Shown here: piece after piece, positions 1-11,036 of the stretch | Layout: each line of letters starts with the position of its first letter | Numbering within the stretch: the stretch's first letter is position 1 | Assembly (NCBI RefSeq): GCF_001194135.2 | Contig: NC_068983.1 | Location: forward strand, 73,802,423-73,849,374 | Source of the DNA: Octopus bimaculoides | Lineage: Eukaryota | Reading direction: 5' to 3' | Length of the DNA: 46,952 bases | Program-made: the position numbers and the translations under genes | Notes under the pieces: model-generated | Database searches by the model: none | Told to the model about the DNA's origin: nothing | Seen by the model: only the letters and a program-made list of their open reading frames with translations

Positions 1-180
1 CTGGTGTTAGTATGTTTACATCCCTGTAATTAGCGGTTTAGCTAAAGAGAATGATAGAATAAGTCCTAGGCTTAAAAAAAAAAAAGTCCTGGGGTTGATT
101 TGTTCGACCAAAACCCTCCAAGATGGTGCTCCAGCCTGGCCACAGTCGAACGACTGAAACAAGTAAACGAATAAAAGAAT
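1..180 (+). mobile_element. 3' half of tRNA-derived SINE family A
   Basis: Matches the 3' half of the fuller copies at 33931-34370 and 46430-46900 (gatagaataagt..aggct..ctccagc.tggcc.cagt..aatgactgaaacaagtaaa). Confidence 0.8.
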
Positions 181-1269
181 ATATACATATTTTAACTTTC
201 ATTCTCTCCTTCCCCTATTTTCTTTTATTCTCTTTTGCCTTCCTCTTATTTATTCTTNNNNNNNNNNTCTCTTTCTTACACCTCACACACACACACACAC
301 ACACATACACACACACACACACACACTCTCTCTCTCTCTCTCTCTCTCTACTTTATTGTCTCTTTCCTTCTCTTGCTCACTTTACTTCTCTGTACTTCTT
401 TACTGAGGTTACACTGCTCATTCTTTCTTTCTCTCTATCAGAACCTTTTTACTTACCTTTTCCATTTTCTCTAACTCCTCCCCCTCTCACCTTTTCTACT
501 TCTTTCTCTGTCTCTCTTCCTGTGTCTCCTTCCCCCTCTCTCTCTATCTCTATCTTGTCTCACCTTTTTCTTTCCCCACCATATTTGTATATTTGTGTGA
601 GTGTATTTTACGTTTTTTTGTCCTTTTCTTATTCATTTCTCTCTCACTCTCTCTCTTCCTCTCCCCCTCTCTCTATCGCATAAATGTCAGTCTTATTGAT
701 TCTCTCACCTTCTCTAACTTAAAAAAAACTCTCATTTCACTATTTTTCCGATCTCTCTATCTTTTACTTATCCATAATCATTTTGTAGGATTTATATTTT
801 TTCTTTCTATTCTTTATGTGTGTGTATGGGTATTTGGCTCTGTGTGATCCAGTGTACCCAGAAAGGCAGTGCTGCAGCATGACCATGTTCCTGGTATTGA
901 AATCATATGAGAATATGTTGTATGTATGTATATGTGTGCGTGTATGTATTTGGAAGATATCAAAAACTTTTCAGCTCTCCACTCAACAGCTGCTGAATGA
1001 AGGTAATGACTTTCAGTGCAAGCTGTATGTAAGAAAAAAAAATGGTATGCATGCAGTTTATATCTATTTAATTCACTTACTCAGTAATTTATCAGCCTGG
1101 ATTCTATAACAAAAAACATTTGACCTAGGTGCTGCATGGTCGAGCTGAACCTGAAACCACAAGGTTGAGAGACAAGTTTCTTAACTACACAGCCATGCTT
1201 TCACCTCTGTATCAGTTGATAATATTTTATTCAAAATGTTTGGGACTAGAAGTGTTTTGGATTTTGAAT

Positions 1270-1470
1270 TTTTATTTCTTTTTCTTTGTTTGTCCATGGA
1301 CAAGATATCTCAAGGATTGCTGGATGGATTCAGATGAAACTTTCAGGGATGTTTGGCTTCATGACTGGCACAAACTGATTAGATTTTGGGATCGATCCAG
1401 TACTGGACAAGGATTCTGGATTATTTGTTATATTTATTTTACTTTACATGAAGTATTACGATCTTATGTT
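1270..1470 (+). mobile_element. Probable Helitron/Helentron-type non-autonomous element fragment
   Basis: Layout (gtttgtcc..gatatctcaag..gatggatt..atgaaactttcaggga..tgattagattttggg.tcgatcc..gattctggatt) resembles DINE/HINE-like elements. Family assignment is from recall, not from a search. Confidence 0.45.
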
Positions 1471-3646
1471 CACTTTCAAGTCTTTCTCTGATTATCTCCC
1501 TTGAAAGCATGCTCATGGCTTCCATGTAAGTTATGGTGGCATTGCTGTTTCCGAAGTTTTATTTTCATTTCTCTATTATTAATTTTACTTGCATCTCTGT
1601 CTTAGTAGAAACTGATGGATAAAGAAATCAAACTACATAAACAAACGGCAGCAAAACCGTTCAGAAATTAAATAATACTAATATATTCAGTAACAGTAAT
1701 AAATTTAATTTATCCTCGACAATTTTTAGTTTTACCAATTTTGAACATATCGCTCCTGTCTAAAACCTCTTACCTACTTGACAATTGCATTTCTAGCTCT
1801 GCCTTGAAGGAAGCTTTACTTCTTGGACTCACGTTTTTGAGTGCAATAATGTTGTTAAACCTTTGTTAACAGTACTGTATGCAGGTCCTTTCTGTTTTCT
1901 TTCACGCCTGGATAAATTTTTCCCCATAGACCGCAATGGACCTTAGTAGATAGACTTAAAAAAGCCTTCATAGAGAAAACTGTCCCTGTTCTCACTACAG
2001 ACAACACACACATAGTATTGCAAACACAGCCTGCACACCCAACTTCATATTCCATGACTACCATTGGGATCGATCAGGTACTGGACAAGGATTCTGGATT
2101 ATTTTTCTGTTTCTTTCTGACTTAATGTTTGAGAGTGGTTGGGTTCATTTTTAGTATTCTNNNNNNNNNNTTAATGTTTGAGAGTGGTTGGGTTCAATTT
2201 TAGTATTCTCATTTGCGAGAGCAGTCAAGTTTATTTCAGATATTCTCATTTTAAAAATCATCTCCTGCTAACCATTGAGAAGACATTGGTGTTGCTTTGG
2301 TGGAGGTTTGCGCTCTCTGAGTGCTCTTGTTTATATATATACAATACTACAATTAGGTGTCATTTTTGATGGCGCGAGGCCTGCTAGTACTACAGTGTTT
2401 TACTCAGTCACATTTGAAGAAACAGAATGACAACCTTTCCCCCCTCTCTTTCTCTTTCTTTCTCTCTCTCTCTCTCTCACACCCATCCACACAGACACAC
2501 ACCCACACTCACAGACGCACACTCACACACATACACATACACTCACACTCACATACAAGTATCTTTTTGCATTACCTTGGGCTGATCAATACTTTGTGAG
2601 TGGAATTCAATAGACAGGAACTGTTTGGGATCCTGTTTGTGTGTGTATGTGTGTGTGTATGTATACACACACAGACACAGACACACATACACATGTATAT
2701 GTATATATATATATATGTGTACCTCCCACACATACACATGTATATGTATATATATATATATNNNNNNNNNNNNNNNNNNNNNNNNNNNNNNNNNNNNNNN
2801 NNNNNNNNNNNNNNNNNNNNNNNNNNNNNNNNNNNNNNNNNNNNNNNNNNNNNNNNNNNNNNNNNNNNNNNNNNNNNNNNNNNNNNNNNNNNNNNNNNNN
2901 NNNNNNNNNNNNNNNNNNNNNNNNNNNNNNNNNNNNNNNNNNNNNNNNNNNNNNNNNNNNNNNNNNNNNNNNNNNNNNNNNNNNNNNNNNNNNNNNNNNN
3001 NNNNNNNNNNNNNNNNNNNNNNNNNNNNNNNNNNNNNNNNNNNNNNNNNNNNNNNNNNNNNNNNNNNNNNNNNNNNNNNNNNNNNNNNNNNNNNNNNNNN
3101 NNNNNNNNNNNNNNNNNNNNNNNNNNNNNNNNNNNNNNNNNNNNNNNNNNNNNNNNNNNNNNNNNNNNNNNNNNNNNNNNNNNNNNNNNNNNNNNNNNNN
3201 NNNNNNNNNNNNNNNNNNNNNNNNNNNNNNNNNNNNNNNNNNNNNNNNNNNNNNNNNNNNNNNNNNNNNNNNNNNNNNNNNNNNNNNNNNNNNNNNNNNN
3301 NNNNNNNNNNNNNNNNNNNNNNNNNNNNNNNNNNNNNNNNNNNNNNNNNNNNNNNNNNNNNNNNNNNNNNNNNNNNNNNNNNNNNNNNNNNNNNNNNNNN
3401 NNNNNNTATATATTTACATGATGATGGTGATAGTGGTGGTGGTGGTGATGATGATGATGATGATGATGATAATGGCTTAAGCCGCTATCTGAGTTTTCTT
3501 TTGTGACTGCAATTGCAATTGGAGTTCTCTTAAAGTTGCAATACAAAAACTAACTAGACATGGGCTGTCTTTTTATATGATGTAATCATATAGTAGTAAC
3601 AACTGAACTGTTAGCCAGAAAAAGATAGATAGATAGATAGAGAGTA

Positions 3647-3679
<33 letters not shown>

Positions 3680-4234
3680 AGAAAGTGAGAGAGAGGAAAG
3701 TGAGGGAGAGGGTGGAAAGAAAGAACTAGGTAATGGGTTGAATTAGCTATATTCCTTCAATCATCATTCATGGTAACTACATGAATACAATATAGCGGAT
3801 GGCTTAGATACTGACCTACATGTTGACCTAGATATTGACCTAATAATATCAGAAGCTGTCAAAAATTTAGGAATACCTTTTTGATTGCTAAATAGCCTTC
3901 AAGAGTTAGGAGGGAAGCTATGGTGATGTAATAACATCAATGTACTATTACGAGAGTTTGTCTTCTATCATGAACCAATGGGGATCCTTTTATGTAGTTA
4001 TTCGACTTGCTAGAAATAGCAGCCAAATCTCCCATCTTGAATGAAGAAGAATACATTGAATAATGCAATCACTGATATACAAAAAGAAAGGATAATCATA
4101 TCCGGAATGCTTTCTTCAGGTCTGCTTGATCAGCGGCTAAGCAACAACAGCCAAGACTTGAAGTCAATTTAATTGTCTGCTATGCTTGACTAGCACTTAT
4201 TTTATCAACTTAGTGAAGATGAAAGGAATAATAC

Positions 4235-4452
4235 TAATAATAATCCTTTCTTATTTTGGAACAAAGCCAATAAATTTGAAAGGTAGGGAAGTCAATTATA
4301 TTGATCCCAGTGCTCAACTGGTACTTATTTTATTAAGCCTCAAAGGACGAAAGGCAGAGTCAACCTCAGCAAAATTTGAACTTGGAAAGAAAAGATGGTT
4401 GAACTACTGCTAAGCATTTTTTTTGATATGCTAACAACTCTGCCAGTTTGCC
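4235..4452 (-). mobile_element. tRNA-derived SINE family B, degenerate
   Basis: Reverse complement gives ggcaaactggcagagttgttagc..gcttagc..agttcaaattttgctgaggttgactctgcctttcgtcct.., homologous to 24765-25000. Confidence 0.75.
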
Positions 4453-4688
4453 TCCCTAATAATACTAATAATGATAATGAGAATGGGAATAGTCCCAACT
4501 TATGGGTAGTAAGATCTCTTAAGTCATAGTTGACCATCTTTCTAGAGATGGTATCTGGATAACAATACCTGTTGGTGGCTAACCTTAAAACAAGCCTCAA
4601 TGTTGAGCAAAAATGTACACATGTATTGAATAATAGTGTTAACGAGGCTTGAACAAATGGTGTAGGTCTTTCACCTATCAGGTGCCGT

Positions 4689-4975
4689 ATGGTTGAGCAG
4701 CACAGGCCCAGTTATCATCCAGAAACTGCTCATACTCAAAGTCAAAGACAAAGAAAATGGTGGGGACAAAGAAGCAAACTGAACTATAACTAATTGCTGG
4801 ATCAGAAGTGAACCCAGTAGAAATGGATTCCAAAAATGCTTGAAATCGAAATGGGATGAAATAAGACTCTTTGAGATAAGTGAGCAATGGTTAGCCACTC
4901 AAGAAAGAGCAATAAGAACAAATGAGTGACTAAGAGACATGGAAATTGAAGAAATAAAAAGGAAAGTAGAAAACA
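4689..4975 (+). pseudogene. Degenerate 5' ORF fragment of an R4/Dong-clade non-LTR retrotransposon
   Basis: With one frameshift and in-frame stops it reads QRQRKWW../TITNCWIRSEPSRNGFQKCLKSKWDEIRLFEISEQWLATQERAIRTNE*LRDMEIEEIKRKVE. This resembles the R4-clade N-terminal motif RRKW..ECY.RSEP..RGY.KRM...W.E...F..SEQRL.DQ.RAI..N.WL...E.EEIKR (recalled consensus). Confidence 0.65.
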
Positions 4976-5469
4976 ATGATAATATTGCACCAGTAGATAG
5001 TGTGTCTATTGAAGACAGAGAAATAACAATGGGATCTTGTTTCATATATCACTAGACTCACTAATCTCCTCTCAACTTCCAAAATGAGGTATAATCCCTT
5101 AATGGCTTTGTGGTTCTAGATGTCCATACAAATCCATCTGACAATATGTTGTTGCCAGTTACTTTCACTTTTCTTCTCAACATCTGCAAAAGTAACGAGA
5201 GACCAAGTATCCATATTGGTATCAATATTTCTGGCCATGATCCTTATTATTTCTCTTACTCATGTAGTTTGGCACTCTTCTATGGGAAAACATATACCAT
5301 ATACGTCTTACATTATTTACATTATCTACATTTGACGGATATTCGTCCTCATCTTGTTTGTTGTTAACACGTTTCGGCTGATATACCCTCCAGCCTTCGT
5401 CAGGTGTCTTGGGGAAATTTCGAACCTGGGTTCTCATTCCTATCGATGTTACTATTATTATTATTATTA

Positions 5470-5499
<30 letters not shown>

Positions 5500-5500
<1 letters not shown>

Positions 5501-5573
5501 CAGGTTGCTGCCGTGAATCGAACTCGGAACCTTGGGGTTAGTAGCCCGCGCTCTTAACCACTATGCCATATGC
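5500..5573 (-). ncRNA. tRNA-like SINE head, left (inverted) arm
   Basis: Reverse complement reads GCATATGGCATAGTGGTTAAGAGCGCGGGCTACTAACCCCAAGGTTCCGAGTTCGATTCACGGCAGCAACCTGA. Confidence 0.75.
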
Positions 5574-5642
5574 CGTGGCGTAGTGGTTAAGAGCTCGGGC
5601 TACTAACCCCAAGGTTCCGAGTTCGATTCACGGCAGCGACCT
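5574..5642 (+). ncRNA. tRNA-like SINE head (Pol III internal promoter), right arm; not a functional tRNA
   Basis: Box A TGGCGTAGTGG at 5576-5586; anticodon-like loop CT-ACT-AA; T-arm CCGAG-TTCGATT-CACGG; no proper acceptor stem. Confidence 0.75.
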
Positions 5643-5643
5643 G

Positions 5644-5680
<37 letters not shown>

Positions 5681-5744
5681 TAATAATAATAATAATAATA
5701 GTAACATCGATAGGAATGAGAACCCAGGTTCGAAATTTCCCCAA

Positions 5745-5790
5745 GACACCTGACGAAGGCTGGAGGGTATATCAGCCGAAACGTTGTGTT
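5745..5790 (+). ncRNA. Minimal type-I hammerhead ribozyme motif (Penelope-like-element type)
   Basis: Stem I GACAC(5745-49)/GTGTT(5786-90); core CTGACGA (5750-56) plus an extra A; stem II GGCTG/CAGCC; GAAA (5778-81); palindromic ACGT stem III; GUU cleavage triplet. Activity is untested. Confidence 0.7.
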
Positions 5791-7315
5791 AACAACAAAC
5801 AAGATGAGGACGAATATCCGTCAAATGTAGATAATGTAAATAATGTAAATAATTCCTCATCTCTTAAATATAGAACTGCATATACGTCTTGTCTGTCCTA
5901 TTGTATCCTCAGTCTTAAATAACAGACACTTACTTTCATGTCCTGCCCCTATCAAGGGAGAATACTACTTACCACACATAAAGTAGAGCTGCCTCTGACT
6001 TCTCTTTTGAGGGTTCATGGAAGCCTCTACATTTTGTCAAACAGATCCATGTCTCTAACCTGTTTGCCATATCTGAGAGAAAAATAGAAAATAAAGTGTG
6101 ATGGTCACACCTGGAATCCCTCTGATCATGTTTTACTCATTTAGAATTAACTTCAGTCTAAATAGCAAGCCTAGGATGAGGTAGCTGAGGTAATATAGAA
6201 TAAAGTGTTCTTCTATGTAACAAAACACCTGTAATTGATTAGAACCTAGAAATAATTAGTTGATACATTTCAAAACTTTATCCACTTGCTAATTATGATT
6301 CTTTTTAACTCCTGCTTAATAACGGTCATTGTTGCTATTATTGTTGTTCAACCTCAGATTAGTCTTGATTAAATGAATCTATAGTCAAAAGTGTTTCGGC
6401 CATGACCATCTCATATTTTTTGTAAATAAAGGATTATATTATCAAATGTATCTATCTTTATTTAAGAGGGAAATTTGGCTGTTATTTTGAGTAGGTTTTT
6501 TTTGATATGCTAACAATTCTTCCTGTTTGCCTCCCTAATAATGCTAATAATGATAATAATGAGAATGAGAATAGTCCCAACTTATAGGTAGTAAGACCTT
6601 AGTTGACCACATAGTGACCACATAGAGATTCCTCTTGCTGGTTTTTCATTAAAATATATGCTGACTTTTCAAGCTGTGTGTATATAGAACTACATTGTCC
6701 TATGTATCCTTTTTGAAGACAATAGAATGTAATCTTAAGAAAATTTGGTTGATATTCCTAACAGGTTAGACAATCATACAAAAGCTCCTTCACTGATTCA
6801 TGCTTAAAATATTATGGAAAAAGGTGCTTTATAATTGGATTTCTCTACCTATTACTGTCTTCCTCTTCTCATTGATTTGTAACTTTTTTCTCTCAAAATA
6901 TATTCATTCTCTTAATACTGAATGCAATGCTTTTAACTGGATTTAATCCTATAAATCACATTATCATATGCTACTGCTAGTTCCATACCTACATAGACAA
7001 CATACTGCATGGATAATTAAGCATCTCTATGGCTCTTGAGATTCAGTGGAGAGTAAGTGCTTGACAATATTTAGCACTGAATATTTCTGTGTTAGGTTAG
7101 CAACATATTCCAAAGGTCAGACAGTGACTTTGATAACGGACAGATCACAATCAATAAATAAATACTTCCAAAACATGAAATCATGAATCTGTTGTGCTCA
7201 ATATATCTCGAGATGGATTTCCTCTGAGAAATATTCTATAACAAATATTCACCATGTATTGTTGCTAATAATTACCAAATATCTGATTTTATCAGTCTGT
7301 GATCTTGCGTTGCAC

Positions 7316-7900
7316 TTATGTGTCTTCTTTAGTATTTTAGTATGTGCATGTGTGTGTGTGTGTGTGTGAGAAATGAGTGTGCATGAATACATATGTTGAA
7401 TTTTCTGTGTAAACATGTGATGGAATGATGTCACTTCTTGTGTGTCATTTCACTGTAATATGTTACTGGAAGTAAACATGTGATTGCAAATATGTATCAT
7501 TCTGTTTACAGTATATGCGTATAGAAACACATGATTGTCTATCTCTGTGTTCATACATATATTGTATGATATTTCTCTGTGTATGAACATTTTTGTATGT
7601 ATTTGTATATATATGTGTGTGTGTGCATGTATATATGTGTGCATGTATGTGTGTGCATGCGTGCATATGTGTTTGTGTGTGTATATGTATGTGTGTATGT
7701 ATGTGTGAATGCATGTGCATGTGTATGTGTGTGTGTGCATGTGTGTGTGCATGCATCCATGTTGTGCATGCATGTATGTGTGTGTGTGCATGCAAGCATA
7801 TGTGAATGTGTGTGTGCATGTGCATGTGTTTGTGTTTGTGTGTGCGTGTGTGTGTGGTGTGTGTGTGCATGTGTGCATACATATGATTGTATGTCATACT
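7316..7900. repeat. Compound (GT)/(GCAT)/(GTAT) microsatellite field; similar fields at 2460-2760, 15720-18060 and 40500-40760
   Basis: Visible directly; source of the His/Thr- and Cys/Val-rich pseudo-ORFs. Confidence 0.95.
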
Positions 7901-8299
7901 GGTTTATAGATAAGTACTTGTGGTTAGTATATCACTTCATGTGATGTTGTAAATATATAGACTACATGTCACTGGATAGATACCACAGTTCATGTGATAA
8001 CATTCTTGTGACAACATTCACACGTGTTTTTAAAATCTTTTAACCGTTTAGTCATAAGAGGAAGGTCAGAGTACACCATTCTTTACAGGATTTCTTGAGA
8101 TATTGGAATACAATTAAAATAAGAATCATTTTTAATGTTCTCTGAGTATGTCTGTGAAAACGGTGACATATATTATCACTTCATTTTTTTCAAATTTTTC
8201 TTATTCCTTGTCTTCCACTCCTTAATGAAGTCACTATGTAAAATGATTTTTAAACATTTCTTTGTTTATTTTTTTTTTGTCTTTTAGTATTGTAATTGG

Positions 8300-8780
8300 T
8301 TTCAAATTTTGACACAAGGCCAGCAATTTCGGAGGAGGAGTAAGTCAATTACATTGACCCCAGTGTTCAACTGTGGAGGCGCATGGCTTAGTGGTTAGGG
8401 TGTTGGACTCATGATGGTAAGATTGTGGTTTCAATTCCTGGACTAGGCGACACATTGTGTTCTTGAGCAATACACTTCATTTCATGTTGCTCCAGTCCAC
8501 TCAGCTGGCAAAAATGAGTAATCCTGCAGTAGACTGGTGTCCCATCCAGGTGGGGAATTTATGCGCTGTAGAAATCAGGAAACCGGCCCTTATGAGTCAG
8601 TATGACTTGAAAAGGTTACCTTTACCTACTTTTACCAATGTTCAACTGGTACTTATTTTATCGATGTTGAAAGGATGAAAGGCACAGTTGATCTTGGTGG
8701 CATTTGAACTCAGAATATAAAAACAGATGAAATGCTACTGAGCATTTTGCCCAGCATTGTAACAATTCTGCTAGCTGACC
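8300..8780 (-). mobile_element. SINE family B copy interrupted by a family C SINE
   Basis: Family B sequence at 8300-8373 resumes at 8636-8780. Confidence 0.8.
8374..8635 (+). mobile_element. tRNA-headed SINE family C with CORE-like central domain and (TTTACC)-like tail
   Basis: Head tggaggcgcatggcttagtggttagggtgttggactc..ggtttcaattcc; central tgtgttcttgagcaatacactt..ccagtccactcagctg; TSD CA(G/A)TGTTCAACTG at 8361-8373 and 8636-8648. Confidence 0.8.
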
Positions 8781-8878
8781 CCCAATTTTCATATTGTAAT
8801 TTATGATCAATGATTGTCATTAGTTACAGATTTACTATAACTGAACGGCTGTGACCATCAAGGATGTTGTTCAACAAA

Positions 8879-9390
<512 letters not shown>

Positions 9391-9649
9391 AATACAATAT
9401 AAAAATAACGAAAAATAAAAAGACGAGCAAACTAGACATAAAAAAACAAGTTGTGAACTACTCTATAAATCCAAATACCTACCTATCTTTGTCAATCTAA
9501 ATTTAAGTTCAAAGACACCATTTGTTTTTCTAATGATGTCTGCATCATTCACTGGTTCACTATCCCTCCCTCTCTTCCTCTCTCTATGTATGTCTATATT
9601 ACTATCATCATCAAGACAGAAAAAAGAACACAGACAAAAAGCTGTAGGT

Positions 9650-9985
9650 TACTCTTTTTACTCTTTTTACTCTTTTACTTGTTTCAGTCATTTGACTGCG
9701 GCCATGCTGGAGCACTGCCTTTTAGTCGAGCAAATCGAACCCAGGACTTATTCTTTGTAAGCCTAGTGCTTATTCTATCAGTCTCTTTTGCCGAACCGCT
9801 AAGTTACGGGGATGTAAACACACCAGCATCGGTTGCTCCTTTCAGTTTCCGTCTACCAAATCCACTCACAAGACTTTGGTCGGCCCGAGGCTATAGTAGA
9901 AGACACTTTGCCCAAGGTGCCACGCAGTGGGATTGAACCTGGAACCATGTGGTTGGTAAGCAAGCTACTTACCAGACAGCCACTA
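9650..9985 (-). mobile_element. SINE family A with internal deletion of the CA tract
   Basis: High identity to 25672-26070, but atcggttg joins directly to ctcctttcagtttccg. Confidence 0.9.
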
Positions 9986-10305
9986 ATTCTGTCTACATGT
10001 ACTGTGTATAATGCACTCCACCTCTGTTGTACTGTGCCATAGCAGAAAGTCCCCATCCTTTGCTTTCGTTGGCAAGTGAGACAACTTCTCTATTGCTGGT
10101 GTCTGGAAAATTGCACAAAAATGCATAGTACATGTTGTACTATGCATAGAGAAAGCATCGGGTTGTGAGATCCCTTTAGTTTTTTTCTTGCTGAGGATTT
10201 ATCAACCTCTACAGTACTTATACTCTGTGAAGTGACTACTGATGAAGAGGAATATATAACTGTTGAAACCAATCCAAATGACACATACAAGCACCAGTCT
10301 TTGCG

Positions 10306-10356
10306 AGCAGGGACTCCCGATAAGCAGGGACTCTCAATAAGCAGGGACTCCCGATA
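10306..10356. repeat. 17-bp tandem repeat x3
   Basis: AGCAGGGACTC(C/T)C(G/A)ATA at 10306, 10323 and 10340. Confidence 0.9.
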
Positions 10357-10449
10357 ACAAGTGACTCGGACTGTGAGGACTCATCCAACTTGTGTCATTA
10401 TAGAAAGCAAATGTGAAATGATGATGATGATGACGACAATGATGATGAC

Positions 10450-10487
<38 letters not shown>

Positions 10488-10743
10488 GGCTATGCAAATA
10501 CAGTGTGGTCTGTCAATCATCTCAGCTTTGATTGTTCACAGCTGGCACCTAGGTTTCTTATCTTGTTGCTTTTATGACACTGTTTAACTGAGGACCACGA
10601 CAAAGCTGGTCTTTTTGTGAGATTTTAGGATAAGAGATGCTTGAAGCTCAACATTTTTTCTTGCTTTATCAATTGATCAATTTTGTTTTTGTATCCTTCC
10701 AGTAGTTACTGAAATAAATACATACTAATGATATGGATGTTAA

Positions 10744-10791
<48 letters not shown>

Positions 10792-10954
10792 GTACTAAGA
10801 CTTGATTTACTCATTGATATTAATTTTCTCTTAATATATATTTATATGTCATTATTAGAGATTATTATTACCACTGAAAATAAAATGGTGAGCTGACTGA
10901 AATGTTAGTATGTCGGACAAAAATGCTTACCTGCATTTCTTTCAATTCATCTCA

Positions 10955-10964
10955 TTACATCTTC

Positions 10965-11036
<72 letters not shown>

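Larger units (their letters stand above)
5310..5878. mobile_element. Fold-back retroelement: two head-to-head tRNA-headed units with hammerhead motifs, flanked by a 12-bp TSD
   Basis: 5308-5568 is the near-perfect reverse complement of 5576-5848 (7-nt loop 5569-5575). CATATACGTCTT occurs at 5298-5309 and again at 5879-5890. Confidence 0.9.

Noticed and set aside
1780-2064. Minus-strand coding-like stretch (..KIYPGVKENRK../IALKNVSPRSKASFKAELEMQLSS|GTAAGA)
   Set aside because: Requires frameshifts, has no acceptor, and I recognise no family motif
2122-2210. 39-bp direct repeat
   Set aside because: Straddles a 10-N gap with one SNP; allelic overlap
5574-5642. Functional tRNA-Ser(ACT)
   Set aside because: No acceptor stem, mismatched anticodon and T stems, and embedded in a repeat; treated as a SINE head
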